Origin: Clostridia bacterium
GTDB lineage: Bacteria; Bacillota; Clostridia; UMGS1883
Length of the DNA stretch: 64,000 bases
NCBI GenBank assembly: GCA_030527235.1
Contig: JAUNBL010000001.1
Coordinates: 10,294-74,293, forward strand
Reading direction: 5' to 3'
Shown here: one piece after another, positions 26,006 through 35,561 of the stretch
Layout of the letters: every line of letters begins with the position of its first letter
How positions within the stretch are numbered: the stretch's first letter is position 1
Notes under the pieces: model-generated
What the model was told of the DNA's origin: nothing
Databases searched by the model: none
What the model saw: only the letters and a program-made list of their open reading frames with translations
Translations under genes and position numbers: made by a program

Positions 26006-29000
26006 TTACTTTGTTTCAGCCTTTTTGATTTCGGGCTTTGTGATAATTACCTTCTTATCCTTTTCAACCCATTCGACGCTTGCACCGAGTTCTTCTGAAA
26101 TAAAGCGTATAGGTGTGTAGGTGCGGTCGTTTTCGATAAACGCAGGAGAATCAAGCTTGATTTCCTTGCCGTTTACCTTCGCTGTCGCAGCACCGATGGT
26201 AATAAGTATAGTTACATTCTCATCGGTTTTAAGGTTTTTACCCGTAATGGTTACAAGCTCTTTTTCGCCGTTCCATTCAACCTTTGCGCCAAGATTTTCC
26301 GCTACAAACCTTGCCGGAAGCATTGTGCGGTCTTTTTCGATTTTCGGAGCAACGTCGTTCGATTTTGATTTGCCGAATACCTGTGCGTCTTTTTTGCCGA
26401 TTGTTAAGATAATCTGATTTATCGAATTATCCTTTTCCGTCCATTTTGCATAGAGTGTGAAGCTCTTTGTTACCTTTGCGGAAAAATCGTACTTGGTTTT
26501 GAGTTCCTTATCCGAGTACCAACCGTCAAAATCAAAGTTTTCCTTTGTCGGCGCTGTCGGCTCTTTCATCACTGTATTTCTCGTTACACTCTGGCTTGAC
26601 ACCTTGCTTCCGCCGTTTGTTTCAAATGACACAGTATAGCGGGTTGTTCCGCCGCCACCGCCGCCACCGGAATATGTCCACTGTGCATAAACCGTTGCGT
26701 TTTCGCTAAAGACAGTATCGGTTGTAATCTTTGTTCCGCCGCTTGCCGCAGTATACCATCCCTTGAAGGAATAGCTGCCGCTGCGTGTAGCTGTCGGCAG
26801 AGTAGCGAGCTTCTGACCGGTGGTGGTCATTCCGGAAGCAGAGGGAGTACCGCCGTTGCCATCAAAAGTGATGGTGAACTCAGGAAGAACTGCATTTACC
26901 GTGATAGCCTGCGTAGCTGTCTTGGTCACGCCTCCCTCGGTGTAACTGATTGTTATGCTTGTATCACCGGTTGTCAGTGCTTCGGTAGGTGCAAATGTAT
27001 AGCTTGTTACCGCTTTTGTACTGCTGTCACTGTATGTAGCCGTTACTACCATTCCGGATGTATCGAAGTATTCTCCTGCCGTATAGGTTACCTTTGTAGG
27101 TGCTGTTGTTACTGCGATACTGCTCAATGTTTTGGTTACTGCATTCACCGTGATAGCCTGCGTAGCTGTCTTAGTCACGCCACCCTCGGTGTAACTGATT
27201 GTTATGCTTGCATCACCGGTTGTCAATGCTCCGGTAGGTGTAAATGTATAGCCTGTTACTGCTTTTGTACTACTGTCACTGTAAGTAGCAGTTACCACCA
27301 TTCCGGATGTATTGAAGTATTCTCCTGCCGTATAGGTTACCTTTGTAGGCGCTGTTGTTACTGCAATGCTGCTCAGTGTCTTGGTTGCTGCATTTACCGT
27401 GATAGCCTGCGTAGCTGTCTTAGTCACGCCACCCTCGGTGTAACTGATTGTTATACTTGTATCACCGGTTGTCAGTGCTTCGGTAGGTGCAAATGTATAG
27501 CTTGTTACCGCTTTTGTACTGCTGTCGCTGTAAGTAGCTGTTACTACCATTCCGGATGTATTGAAGTATTCTCCTGCCGTATAGGTTACCTTTGCAGGTG
27601 CCGTTGTTACAGCAATGCTGCTCAGTGTCTTGGGGGCTGTGTACGCCGCAACAGTTACTGTTTGGTTGTCAGATGCCAGAACAGTTCCGCTGTATTTTAT
27701 GCGCACATAATACGTGCCGTTTGCAAGTCCTGTTACTTCTGTACCGCCGCAATCCGTCCAGGTCGAAGTGTCCGACTTTTTATACTGCATTGCGGTGGTC
27801 ACATTTTGAAGCTTACCATCGTTATTTGCGCTTGTGGTACATGCCACGCCGGTTACACCGGTAGGTGTTGCGGCCTTTGTAACATCGATGGTCTGAATAT
27901 CGGAATCCAGCTTGGTGTTGGGATCGGATGCCGGCTTGTAGACCTTAATATCCTTGTCGGCTAATACATTGTATATTGCTTTGTAGTCATAACTGCTTGT
28001 ATTTTCCGTCCAGGTAACACCGCCGTCTACACTGTACTTCATACCTGTTGGCCAATTCATGAGGTTGCCGAAATCGGGGCCTTGGGCGTCAAAGGTAGCG
28101 GTAGGAGTAGCTTCCTTCGTTTTTGCCGTTGCCGGAGTCAATGTTATTGTCGTATTCGCAGTAGGCGTACCGGAAACCGTAATTTGAGTATAACTGTTTC
28201 TCGTCACGGTAATGCCGTTCACTGCCGATACGGAGTAATCCGTCGGGAAATAGTAGCCGTCAGCCGCTGTATATACAGTGTCTGTCATAGCGCCGCTCAA
28301 ACCGCTTTGGTTTGCATTGCCCGAAGCAAGTGTCATATTCGCACCTGCATTAATGGTCACGGTATAGATTGCAGAAGTCGTCCATGTTACTGTAAAATCG
28401 TTGCTGTAACCCCATCCGCCGGGGAACAAAACCTTGAACATAAAGGTCTTTGTAGTCGGCGAACTCTTTGCGGGAATATACATTCCGGAGGGGTATCCTG
28501 ACTTGTCGCCGCTGCCGACCTGGGTCGAATCCTCAAACCGCTGATACGAAATTGCTCCTTCCGGCCACGGAACAGTCACATCAGTCCCCACGGGAACCGT
28601 CTTATTATCAATATGAGGTACTGTGCCCGTCCCGGGCGAGGTTGCCGTCACCGCGCCGATGTCGATGGTAATAGACTTGCTGATGCCTCCCTTATCCGTC
28701 ACCTTGACTATAGCTGTGGTGGCGTCACACACGGAAGCCCGGGTGTAGACCAGCTTGTTTTCAGCGTTGATGGACAGACCGCTGGGCTTTGTGCCCTCAA
28801 ACTCGTATCTGTACTCTCCGCTACCGCCGGTAGCGGTGAGTGCAACGGTTGCCGTGTAGCCGGTGCCTTTCGTACCGGCGGGAATATCATAATCCGCCTT
28901 ATCCTCAAAGGTCAGCGGAGTGATGACCTCATACTTGTAATCTGCATATCCGAGACCGCTTTGGACAGACTGGGTGACAAGGAAGCTGTCATTTTCAAAA

Positions 29001-31207
29001 TACTGTTCGCTTCCCGCGGCATTTGTCCAATCTTCGTCTTCGATCTTACTGTCGCTCTTGGCTGCGTAGTAGGCGGAACCCATCCCATTCGTCAAACTGT
29101 AAGTGTCAGGCATATTCACGGTAATGGCAGCATTGGCGCCTACATTCAGCTTGTTGTCCCCAGAGAAACCGGACACAGACGTCCAGTTGGAAGCGCTTGG
29201 CGAACCCGAGCCGGTGTAAGTCAGGGTGATGGCAGTCTTGCCGTTCAGCGTGATGTTGCCTTTGGAACGAAGACCGTTGGCGAGACCGATGCTGGCGGAG
29301 CTCAGGGTGACGTTCAGCTCCGCGCCCTCCGCCACGGTAATGGGGCCGCCCGCTGAGACCTTTACGGTAGAAACACCGAACACTTGGGCTTCTGTGTCCG
29401 CTGCGGTAACATTCACAGTCACCTTGCCGCTCTGGAAGGTCAGGTTTTCAGCGGCGGGGGCGGATCTGTCCAGCCAAATGCCAAAGACCTGCGTTAAACC
29501 GCTTCCCGCGTTGGTGTTCACAGTCAGGGTACCGTCGCCGATGAACGTCACATTGTCTGCATTTGTAATATTGATACCGACACAGACGTTGCCGACGCCT
29601 TCTTTAGGTGCACTGGTGGTGACGGTGTTGGTTCCCGTCAGCTTGACGGTCACATCATAGGCGTTGGAGCTGCCGATGATGATGGGGCCGCTGTTATAGT
29701 TTTTCAGTTCCAGTATGCCGGTAGCCGGATCATAGTGGGCATTGTAGTCGGTGCTGTCATTGGTGGTGTCCGCACTGCCGTTTTTGTAATACAGCTTATC
29801 CGAGGCAAAACTATGGCCATTGACGGATACGGCACCGGCGTTTGTATATAGCGTGCTGTACGCCACCACGACCTGCTTGGTAGTGGAGTCCGCCTGAAAC
29901 AGCTTGCCGCCGCCTGCATTGGTGCCATCCGGAGTAGAGCGGAAGCTGCCCTCAGTTATCTTTGTGCTGCTGCCCAAGTTGAAATAACCCTGCACGGGGA
30001 AAGCGTAGTCGGTTTCCTCCGAGGATGTGCTTTTTACGGTAACGCTGCCGCCGGAGGTAAGGTTGATTTGATGAACGCGGGTGGAGGAAGTGCTTCCACC
30101 CTCCTGCACAACCAGTGCCTTATAGTCGGTGGAGGTCAGGGACACCTTGGCATCGCCGGTAATCTTCACAAGGCCGGTCTTGTTGGCGCTGTCTTGGTCG
30201 AACAGCCAGAGTGCCGAACTTGCGGTGTTAGCTGTCACCGTTCCGCCGGAGATGGTGACGCCGTTGTTCCAGGAGACGATGCCGAGGCTGTCGCTTGTGG
30301 TAGAGGTGACATTCACCGTGCCGCCGCTGATGACCACATCTGCAAAGGCTGTGTCATGTCCCTTGGTAAAGGCAGCGATGCCATAATAAGCATTCGTCAC
30401 AGTGACAGTGCCGCCGGTGACGGAGATGACGCCATCGGTGTTGCTGCTGGAGCCACGGTTAGCAATTCCGTATACCATGCCGCTCCCGGTGCTGCCGCTG
30501 TCACGTGTAATTGTCACAGTGCCTGCCAGCTCAATGTCGCCGTTATCGGTAACGCTTGCGGTGTATGCTTCGTTATAAATGCCGTACATTCCGTTGCTTC
30601 CGTTGTTGGTTACCTTGACCGCCACCTCGGCGCCGCTATCCACAGTGAGCTTGCCGGTCTTACAGTAGAGGCCGCGGCCATCGGAAGTGCCGGTGATGTT
30701 CGCAGTGAGCTTTCCGCCGGTAACGGATAAGCTGTCGTTGGCGTTGACGCCGTAAACCATTTTACTGCTGTTGGCGTTGATGGTTACCGTGCCGCTTGTC
30801 ATGGTGAAGTGCCTGCACTCAATACCATAAATCAAATTTGATCCGTTCGTAGCGTTGATGGTAAGACTGCCGCTGCCGCTGATATTGAGATTCTGATTGT
30901 TTCCAAGGGCAATACCTTTGGCATTTGTATCATCAACTGTGATGGCGTTGGTTCCCTCAAGCACCAGGTTGAGCGTATTTAACCCGGAGCCTTGGATATA
31001 GCCACCGCTGTAGCCACTCAGGGTCAAGGTCTTGGTGCTTTCTACATAGCTCCAGCCTGTGCCGCTGCTGTCGGCGGTGGAGCCTGTAATGCTGATGCCC
31101 GGCTCTGCCGCAAACGCCGTCAGGCTCATGGCAGGGAGCATTCCCAGCAACATTGCCAGCGCAATAAGCATACTGAGCAGGCTGTTTAGTTTCGTTTTTG
31201 CTTTCAT
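26006..31207 (-). CDS. Giant secreted surface protein: signal peptide, beta-helix-like G/T/N-rich repeats, Ig-like repeats, two Listeria-Bacteroides (Flg_new) repeats, two C-terminal copper-amine-oxidase-N-like wall-binding domains
   Basis: The preferred start is ATG 31207, with AAGGAGG 8 nt upstream: MKAKTKLNSLLSMLIALAMLLGMLPAMSLTAFA. The Flg_new repeats read FTITFDGNGGTPS...FKGWYT and YTVSFETNGGSKV...FDGWYS. The C-terminus reads TIGKKDAQVFGK...MLPARFVAENLGAKVEW and TIGAATAKVNGK...YTPIRFISEELGASVEW. Confidence 0.85.
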   Translation of the reverse strand: MKAKTKLNSLLSMLIALAMLLGMLPAMSLTAFAAEPGISITGSTADSSGTGWSYVESTKTLTLSGYSGGYIQGSGLNTLNLVLEGTNAITVDDTNAKGIALGNNQNLNISGSGSLTINATNGSNLIYGIECRHFTMTSGTVTINANSSKMVYGVNANDSLSVTGGKLTANITGTSDGRGLYCKTGKLTVDSGAEVAVKVTNNGSNGMYGIYNEAYTASVTDNGDIELAGTVTITRDSGSTGSGMVYGIANRGSSSNTDGVISVTGGTVTVTNAYYGIAAFTKGHDTAFADVVISGGTVNVTSTTSDSLGIVSWNNGVTISGGTVTANTASSALWLFDQDSANKTGLVKITGDAKVSLTSTDYKALVVQEGGSTSSTRVHQINLTSGGSVTVKSTSSEETDYAFPVQGYFNLGSSTKITEGSFRSTPDGTNAGGGKLFQADSTTKQVVVAYSTLYTNAGAVSVNGHSFASDKLYYKNGSADTTNDSTDYNAHYDPATGILELKNYNSGPIIIGSSNAYDVTVKLTGTNTVTTSAPKEGVGNVCVGINITNADNVTFIGDGTLTVNTNAGSGLTQVFGIWLDRSAPAAENLTFQSGKVTVNVTAADTEAQVFGVSTVKVSAGGPITVAEGAELNVTLSSASIGLANGLRSKGNITLNGKTAITLTYTGSGSPSASNWTSVSGFSGDNKLNVGANAAITVNMPDTYSLTNGMGSAYYAAKSDSKIEDEDWTNAAGSEQYFENDSFLVTQSVQSGLGYADYKYEVITPLTFEDKADYDIPAGTKGTGYTATVALTATGGSGEYRYEFEGTKPSGLSINAENKLVYTRASVCDATTAIVKVTDKGGISKSITIDIGAVTATSPGTGTVPHIDNKTVPVGTDVTVPWPEGAISYQRFEDSTQVGSGDKSGYPSGMYIPAKSSPTTKTFMFKVLFPGGWGYSNDFTVTWTTSAIYTVTINAGANMTLASGNANQSGLSGAMTDTVYTAADGYYFPTDYSVSAVNGITVTRNSYTQITVSGTPTANTTITLTPATAKTKEATPTATFDAQGPDFGNLMNWPTGMKYSVDGGVTWTENTSSYDYKAIYNVLADKDIKVYKPASDPNTKLDSDIQTIDVTKAATPTGVTGVACTTSANNDGKLQNVTTAMQYKKSDTSTWTDCGGTEVTGLANGTYYVRIKYSGTVLASDNQTVTVAAYTAPKTLSSIAVTTAPAKVTYTAGEYFNTSGMVVTATYSDSSTKAVTSYTFAPTEALTTGDTSITISYTEGGVTKTATQAITVNAATKTLSSIAVTTAPTKVTYTAGEYFNTSGMVVTATYSDSSTKAVTGYTFTPTGALTTGDASITISYTEGGVTKTATQAITVNAVTKTLSSIAVTTAPTKVTYTAGEYFDTSGMVVTATYSDSSTKAVTSYTFAPTEALTTGDTSITISYTEGGVTKTATQAITVNAVLPEFTITFDGNGGTPSASGMTTTGQKLATLPTATRSGSYSFKGWYTAASGGTKITTDTVFSENATVYAQWTYSGGGGGGGTTRYTVSFETNGGSKVSSQSVTRNTVMKEPTAPTKENFDFDGWYSDKELKTKYDFSAKVTKSFTLYAKWTEKDNSINQIILTIGKKDAQVFGKSKSNDVAPKIEKDRTMLPARFVAENLGAKVEWNGEKELVTITGKNLKTDENVTILITIGAATAKVNGKEIKLDSPAFIENDRTYTPIRFISEELGASVEWVEKDKKVIITKPEIKKAETK
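26885..27631 (-). repeat. 3 x 249-bp near-identical in-frame tandem repeats (83-aa Ig-like module)
   Basis: The anchor ACCGTGATAGCCTGCGTAGCTGTCTT recurs at 26898, 27147 and 27396, a period of 249. The unit encodes KTLSSIAVTTAP.KVTYTAGEYF.TSGMVVTATYSDSSTKAVT.YTF...ISYTEGGVTKTATQAITVNA. Confidence 0.9.
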
Positions 31208-31475
31208 AAGCATTTCCTCCTTGTTTCTTTCCGACATTCTGCCGGATAATCTGACCGTGCATATTGTTTTGTCTGCTCACCCACACGGCAAGGAGAGCCT
31301 CCGCCATTCTTCACTTTTGAGGATGGCGCATTGTTCGGTACATTCACATCATATCATCACATCACCCCTGTCCTTCTCGCAGTGCGACGAGCATTGCCTG
31401 CCGGCTCTCTCGCCACATGATGAGTATTCATTCATGCACCTGTTTTACAACATTATCCTAACAGATAAAGTGTAT

Positions 31476-31540
31476 AAAAGATATTCTCCAATGGATAATT
31501 TTTGAGCTTTTTCTGCAATATTATCATTGGATAATGTGCA
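31476..31540 (-). promoter_or_regulatory. Conserved operator/promoter block, copy A (upstream of the 1743-aa gene)
   Basis: About 57 of 66 positions are identical to 46096-46162. It contains the palindrome-like sites 31483-31499 and 31520-31535. Confidence 0.6.
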
Positions 31541-31588
31541 AAATATACAAATAATTAACATTGTATATAGACATTTTCGCCTAAAATG

Positions 31589-31831
31589 CTACTTGCTCTC
31601 CAAAGCTTTGCCGCAGTATTCGCATTTTCCGCTGCTTCCGGCACGAAGTCGTGTGGTTCCGCCGCAGATGTCACAAACCGCATTGACAAAGCCGGAGCCG
31701 TCTATGTCGGCTCTGCCGTCTGAAAGAAGGACACAGGGCTGACCGTTTTTCTGCAAAGAGCAGTTGCACAAATATCCATTTTCAACCAATCGTTCCAACT
31801 CCGAGAGAATTTGAGCGGTTGCTTTTCCCAT
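31589..31831 (-). CDS. Small Cys-rich (zinc-ribbon-like) protein, 80 aa
   Basis: AAGGAGG RBS, with CDICGG...CEYCG pairs at the C-terminus. Confidence 0.5.
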   Translation of the reverse strand: MGKATAQILSELERLVENGYLCNCSLQKNGQPCVLLSDGRADIDGSGFVNAVCDICGGTTRLRAGSSGKCEYCGKALESK

Positions 31832-31855
31832 GCTGCCCCTCCTTAATAACTGATC

Positions 31856-31885
31856 GCGGGATATCCGACAATGCAGATATCCCGC
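31856..31885 (-). other. 10-bp perfect intercistronic hairpin
   Basis: GCGGGATATC-N10-GATATCCCGC, between the 590-aa and 80-aa genes. No T tract follows. Confidence 0.4.
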
Positions 31886-31902
31886 ATCTAAATTAAAAGT
31901 TT

Positions 31903-33675
31903 TTACCTCAGCGTAATTGTTTTTCTTGCACTGCCGTCAAACATTCTTGTTAAGATTGCCGCAACCTCACTTCTGACGATATTGCTCTCCGGGTTAAAGG
32001 TTCCTTCATTATCACTGCCTACCAAAATACCCGCACGGTAAAAAGCATATATTTCTTTTGCGGATTTTGCAATTAACGAAACATCGGGAATCGCATTATT
32101 TGCAACTTCATTAATTACGGCATACTCGCTTGCAGGCAGAGCTGCGTAAAAGATTTTTACAAAATCACTTCTGGTAATTTTCTCGTCTGCAACTGCGGTC
32201 AAATCAATTTCAATAATCCCCTTTTCGAGGGCATAGCTCATATAGGTGCTGTACCATACACTGCTTCCTGCTGTCAAAGTTACTTTTTTGTCGTGATAAA
32301 GCTGGTGCATTGCACAGGCAAGCTTTACCGCCTCGGCATATGTCATATTATCGTCAGGATAGAACATGGTATCGCTTTTTCCGTTGACAAGACCGTTCTT
32401 GTGAGCAGTTTCAACGTCTTTTCTGTACCATGCACCTTCAGCAACATCGGTAAAGGGGAATTTGTAGCTTTCGTCCGGCTTTACAGAACCTGTTCCGGAT
32501 CCGGTAGAACCACTGCCTGAACCGCTGTCCACAGCATCTTTCAGTTTCGGGAAGTCATATGCCGCAATCCACATATCATCTGTTTCGGATGCCTCTGTAA
32601 CCGTAGCCACCTTACCGTTAATTGTTGCGCTTACCTCGTCAAGGTTTTTCGGCATAATGTAATCCTTATTTAATTCAAAATAAACGTGCGCGGTATAACC
32701 TTTGCCGGCTTCGAACTTGTCGGAGACACTTTTTTTGGTATCTGTATCAAACCATTTTACATAGTAAACAGAAATGCCTTCTGTGGTTGTTTTCGCAGCA
32801 TCCATTTTGGGTGCTGCATCAGCAACCGGCTCGTCAATAATGACATTGACTTCCTTGATCGTATTTACTGCCGACGCAGCTGCCACCTTATACTCGGGAG
32901 AATCGGCGATGGCATAACGATTTGAGCTTTGAACAGGACAGGAATAGTATGCCGCAGGTGCGCCGTTGAATGTTACAGGGATATCTTCTGCCGAAGGTAT
33001 CTCGTACCCGTCCTCTGCTGTCAGATACGCCTGGCAGTGATAGGTCTTGCCAGCGACGAATTTGTCGCCGACTTTATATTCATTCCAGTCCTCATCCAGC
33101 CAGTAAAAATCATAAAAGGTAACACCGGGGGTCTCAATCGTCGGCAGGACAACAGCGGCTTCCGCAGCAGGGACCGGAAGGGTCATGGCAATGCTGCTCA
33201 CGGTTGTCTTAGCCGATTCGGGGCAGGTGAAGTTAATAGTCACGGCGCGCTGCTCCGATTCTCCGTAAACGCTGACGACTTCCACCGGTTCACCGTTGAC
33301 GGTGGCCGTCATATCGCCGGCGTCAGCAAAAGTATAGCCGTCGTCGGGAAGAAAATAGAAGCTGGCTCGGTAGGTCTTTCCCCCCTGGAAGGTGCTGACG
33401 CTGTTCATCTGCAGTGAGCCGTCATGCCAGCTCATGCTTTTCAGAGTATAGCCCGTTCCCCCCAGCTGGCATGTCTCCACCGGCTTGGCACCGTCCACGG
33501 GCGCTTCAACTCCTGTCACTGTAATTTCAGAAATCTTTGTCGTTATAAGATAAGCACCTTTTCCCGGCGTAGCAGGCATCCTGTCAGCCGAAGCCGTGAA
33601 TGGCAAGGATGCTGTCATCATACACAGCGCAATCAAACAAGTGATAAATCTATTGCATTTTTTCATAAATCTCAT
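31903..33675 (-). CDS. Secreted surface protein with C-terminal SLH domains
   Basis: 590 aa. Signal peptide: CLIALCMMTASLPFTASA. The C-terminus FPFTDVAEGAWYRKDVETAHKNGLVNGKSDTMFYPDDNMTYAEAVKL plus two further modules are SLH-like. Confidence 0.75.
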   Translation of the reverse strand: MRFMKKCNRFITCLIALCMMTASLPFTASADRMPATPGKGAYLITTKISEITVTGVEAPVDGAKPVETCQLGGTGYTLKSMSWHDGSLQMNSVSTFQGGKTYRASFYFLPDDGYTFADAGDMTATVNGEPVEVVSVYGESEQRAVTINFTCPESAKTTVSSIAMTLPVPAAEAAVVLPTIETPGVTFYDFYWLDEDWNEYKVGDKFVAGKTYHCQAYLTAEDGYEIPSAEDIPVTFNGAPAAYYSCPVQSSNRYAIADSPEYKVAAASAVNTIKEVNVIIDEPVADAAPKMDAAKTTTEGISVYYVKWFDTDTKKSVSDKFEAGKGYTAHVYFELNKDYIMPKNLDEVSATINGKVATVTEASETDDMWIAAYDFPKLKDAVDSGSGSGSTGSGTGSVKPDESYKFPFTDVAEGAWYRKDVETAHKNGLVNGKSDTMFYPDDNMTYAEAVKLACAMHQLYHDKKVTLTAGSSVWYSTYMSYALEKGIIEIDLTAVADEKITRSDFVKIFYAALPASEYAVINEVANNAIPDVSLIAKSAKEIYAFYRAGILVGSDNEGTFNPESNIVRSEVAAILTRMFDGSARKTITLR

Positions 33676-33742
33676 CCTTTCTTAATGTTGGTTGTAATTT
33701 CATCTCTCCGTAAATGTTTTTCGCATATTCGTGAGCAAAAGC

Positions 33743-34918
33743 TTATTGATTCAGCTTTTCCGCCTGACTCTTGTATTTATCCTGTATATCCTTTGCATCC
33801 TTATCAGTGAGACCGTCGATAACAGCCGCTAAGGAGTCAAAGGTTTCCTTTGAACAATGGACTGCGATATTTTCTACCGCTCCGCTCCTTGCAAAACCGT
33901 TTGCATTTGTATCCTTTATAATATCCGTCATTATCTGCGCGAACTCATCTTCGCTAAAGTATGTAGCCTTTGCGCGCCATTCTTCATAATGGCTGTCGTT
34001 TTTGTTTTTCAAGCTGCCTACTGCTGTCCAGGACGGTACATCTTTTGTTCTCGGAGTTTTCTTGAAATAATCCATTGTCGCCCTATAGGCTGCCTCGCTT
34101 GTTTTCTCATGGAACGGGAAATCATACCAAAGCTTGTTTAAGCTATCAATTCCGTTTCCGTGCAGCTCGGCGTCCTCCGGATTATTCAGCATAGTTACAA
34201 TAGGCTCTATAATCTTTTCATCACCCAAACCGCCTGCATATTCATAGGCACGGCTTCGCACATCCTTATCCGAGTCGCCCATAAGCGTAATCATTGCGTC
34301 AACCGCTCCGTCAAGGCCTTTATTCCAAGAGCTGCCGATTGCCATGGCTGCCTGCTTTCTTACCTTGCTGTTTTCGTTTTTTGCTGAGTTAAGTAAAAAT
34401 GCGCCTATATCCGCATCCTTTCCGCCTTCATTTGCAAGCGCCCGCACTGCGCAGCAGATAACATAAGGATCTTTTTCGTTTTTAAGCATTTCTTTTGCAG
34501 CGGAAATATGACCGTCGCTTACCCCAAGAAGGGAACCGACATTCGATATTGCATATCCCCGAACCTGCGGAGCTTCACTTTTCAAAAGCGGCTCAACAAA
34601 TTCCTTTGCCGCCGGCAGCTTTGCTTTATTCTCTTTAAGCTTTTTTATTGCTTTGTCTGTTATATTTTCATCAAGCTCAAGCTTATCGTTGATTGTTGCA
34701 TATGAATATGTGGAAGCAAGGTTTATAAATTCGTCCAGGGTTATGTTCTGCTCATCCTTTATAAACTCTTTTATCAAATCGTCCTCCGTCATATTTGCGT
34801 AGTCAATCTTTTTAGCTCCATTGCCTTGGTTTCCGCCGCTTCCGGTCTTGTCTCCTCCGCACGATGCGAGTGTGAATATCATTCCGATTGTCAAAATCAA
34901 TGCTAATAACTTTTTCAT
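33743..34918 (-). CDS. Lipoprotein with HEAT-like repeats
   Basis: 391 aa. Lipobox: LTIGMIFTLASCGG. Repeated ...VR..A...LG... helical pairs occur (PQVRGYAISNVG, VICCAVRALANEG, SKVRKQAAMAIG, KDVRSRAYEYAG). Confidence 0.6.
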   Translation of the reverse strand: MKKLLALILTIGMIFTLASCGGDKTGSGGNQGNGAKKIDYANMTEDDLIKEFIKDEQNITLDEFINLASTYSYATINDKLELDENITDKAIKKLKENKAKLPAAKEFVEPLLKSEAPQVRGYAISNVGSLLGVSDGHISAAKEMLKNEKDPYVICCAVRALANEGGKDADIGAFLLNSAKNENSKVRKQAAMAIGSSWNKGLDGAVDAMITLMGDSDKDVRSRAYEYAGGLGDEKIIEPIVTMLNNPEDAELHGNGIDSLNKLWYDFPFHEKTSEAAYRATMDYFKKTPRTKDVPSWTAVGSLKNKNDSHYEEWRAKATYFSEDEFAQIMTDIIKDTNANGFARSGAVENIAVHCSKETFDSLAAVIDGLTDKDAKDIQDKYKSQAEKLNQ

Positions 34919-35022
34919 AATACAAAATTCCTCCTGATTCTTTTATTGTTATCATTATCACCGAATATTTTGCTGTATTCCGGCGGTGAATGCCCGGAAC
35001 AGCTCTTTTTTGTTTTAAGAAA

Positions 35023-35511
35023 TTATGTCCACGCATCCACCTTCGACGGGATCCGAATCCCGGAAAGAATACTGGAATATTCCCACAAATACCAGGAATC
35101 ACCTTTTTGTCGAAGCTTTATCGGTCGCGGAGAGTCTGCACCGGTCGTCTTTAAAAACAACCTGAGGTATCCTTCCCCGACATCCTGCGGTCTGCTATCC
35201 TCAATAACTTCGAGGGTAAGAGGATTACTCGGAACATAGTTGTTTGCCGGAGTCGCACCGCCAAAATAAGCAAGCGGAAGATAACTTTTTCCGCGCAAAC
35301 GGTCTCTTAAAAACTGAATATCATAACTGCTGAGCGGTCTCGGACCTCTCAGTGTATTAAGTGCGGCAACACCTGCATCGCTGTCTTTCAGATACAGTGC
35401 AAGCGCCAACAGGAACATTGCACAGGTATTTTCCGGCTTGGAAAGATCATTCTGCGGCAGAGCAGAAAATTCTTCCGACGTTGTCGGAACAGATGAAATT
35501 GTCATCTTCAT
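35023..35511 (-). CDS. Hypothetical protein (162 aa)
   Basis: ORF co-oriented and closely spaced with its neighbours. I recognised no motif. Confidence 0.45.
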   Translation of the reverse strand: MKMTISSVPTTSEEFSALPQNDLSKPENTCAMFLLALALYLKDSDAGVAALNTLRGPRPLSSYDIQFLRDRLRGKSYLPLAYFGGATPANNYVPSNPLTLEVIEDSRPQDVGEGYLRLFLKTTGADSPRPIKLRQKGDSWYLWEYSSILSGIRIPSKVDAWT

Positions 35512-35561
35512 TGTTACTTGCTCCTTTTCTTATTCACCACATAGTTTTTGCTGTCGCAATT

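Noticed and set aside
28082-30730. Series of long plus-strand ORFs (139, 247, 144, 220 aa and others) inside 26-31 kb
   Set aside because: All are antisense to the 1743-aa gene. They are Arg/Gly/Cys-rich, as expected from the antisense of a GC-rich gene, and have no independent signals.
31208-31475. Assigning the 5' leader of the giant gene to a c-di-GMP riboswitch class
   Set aside because: Comparison from memory with GEMM-I (GGCAAAC...GGGACGCAAAGCC) and class II (GGAAAC...GCAACCGACC) elements gave no convincing match. It is kept only as an unassigned leader.
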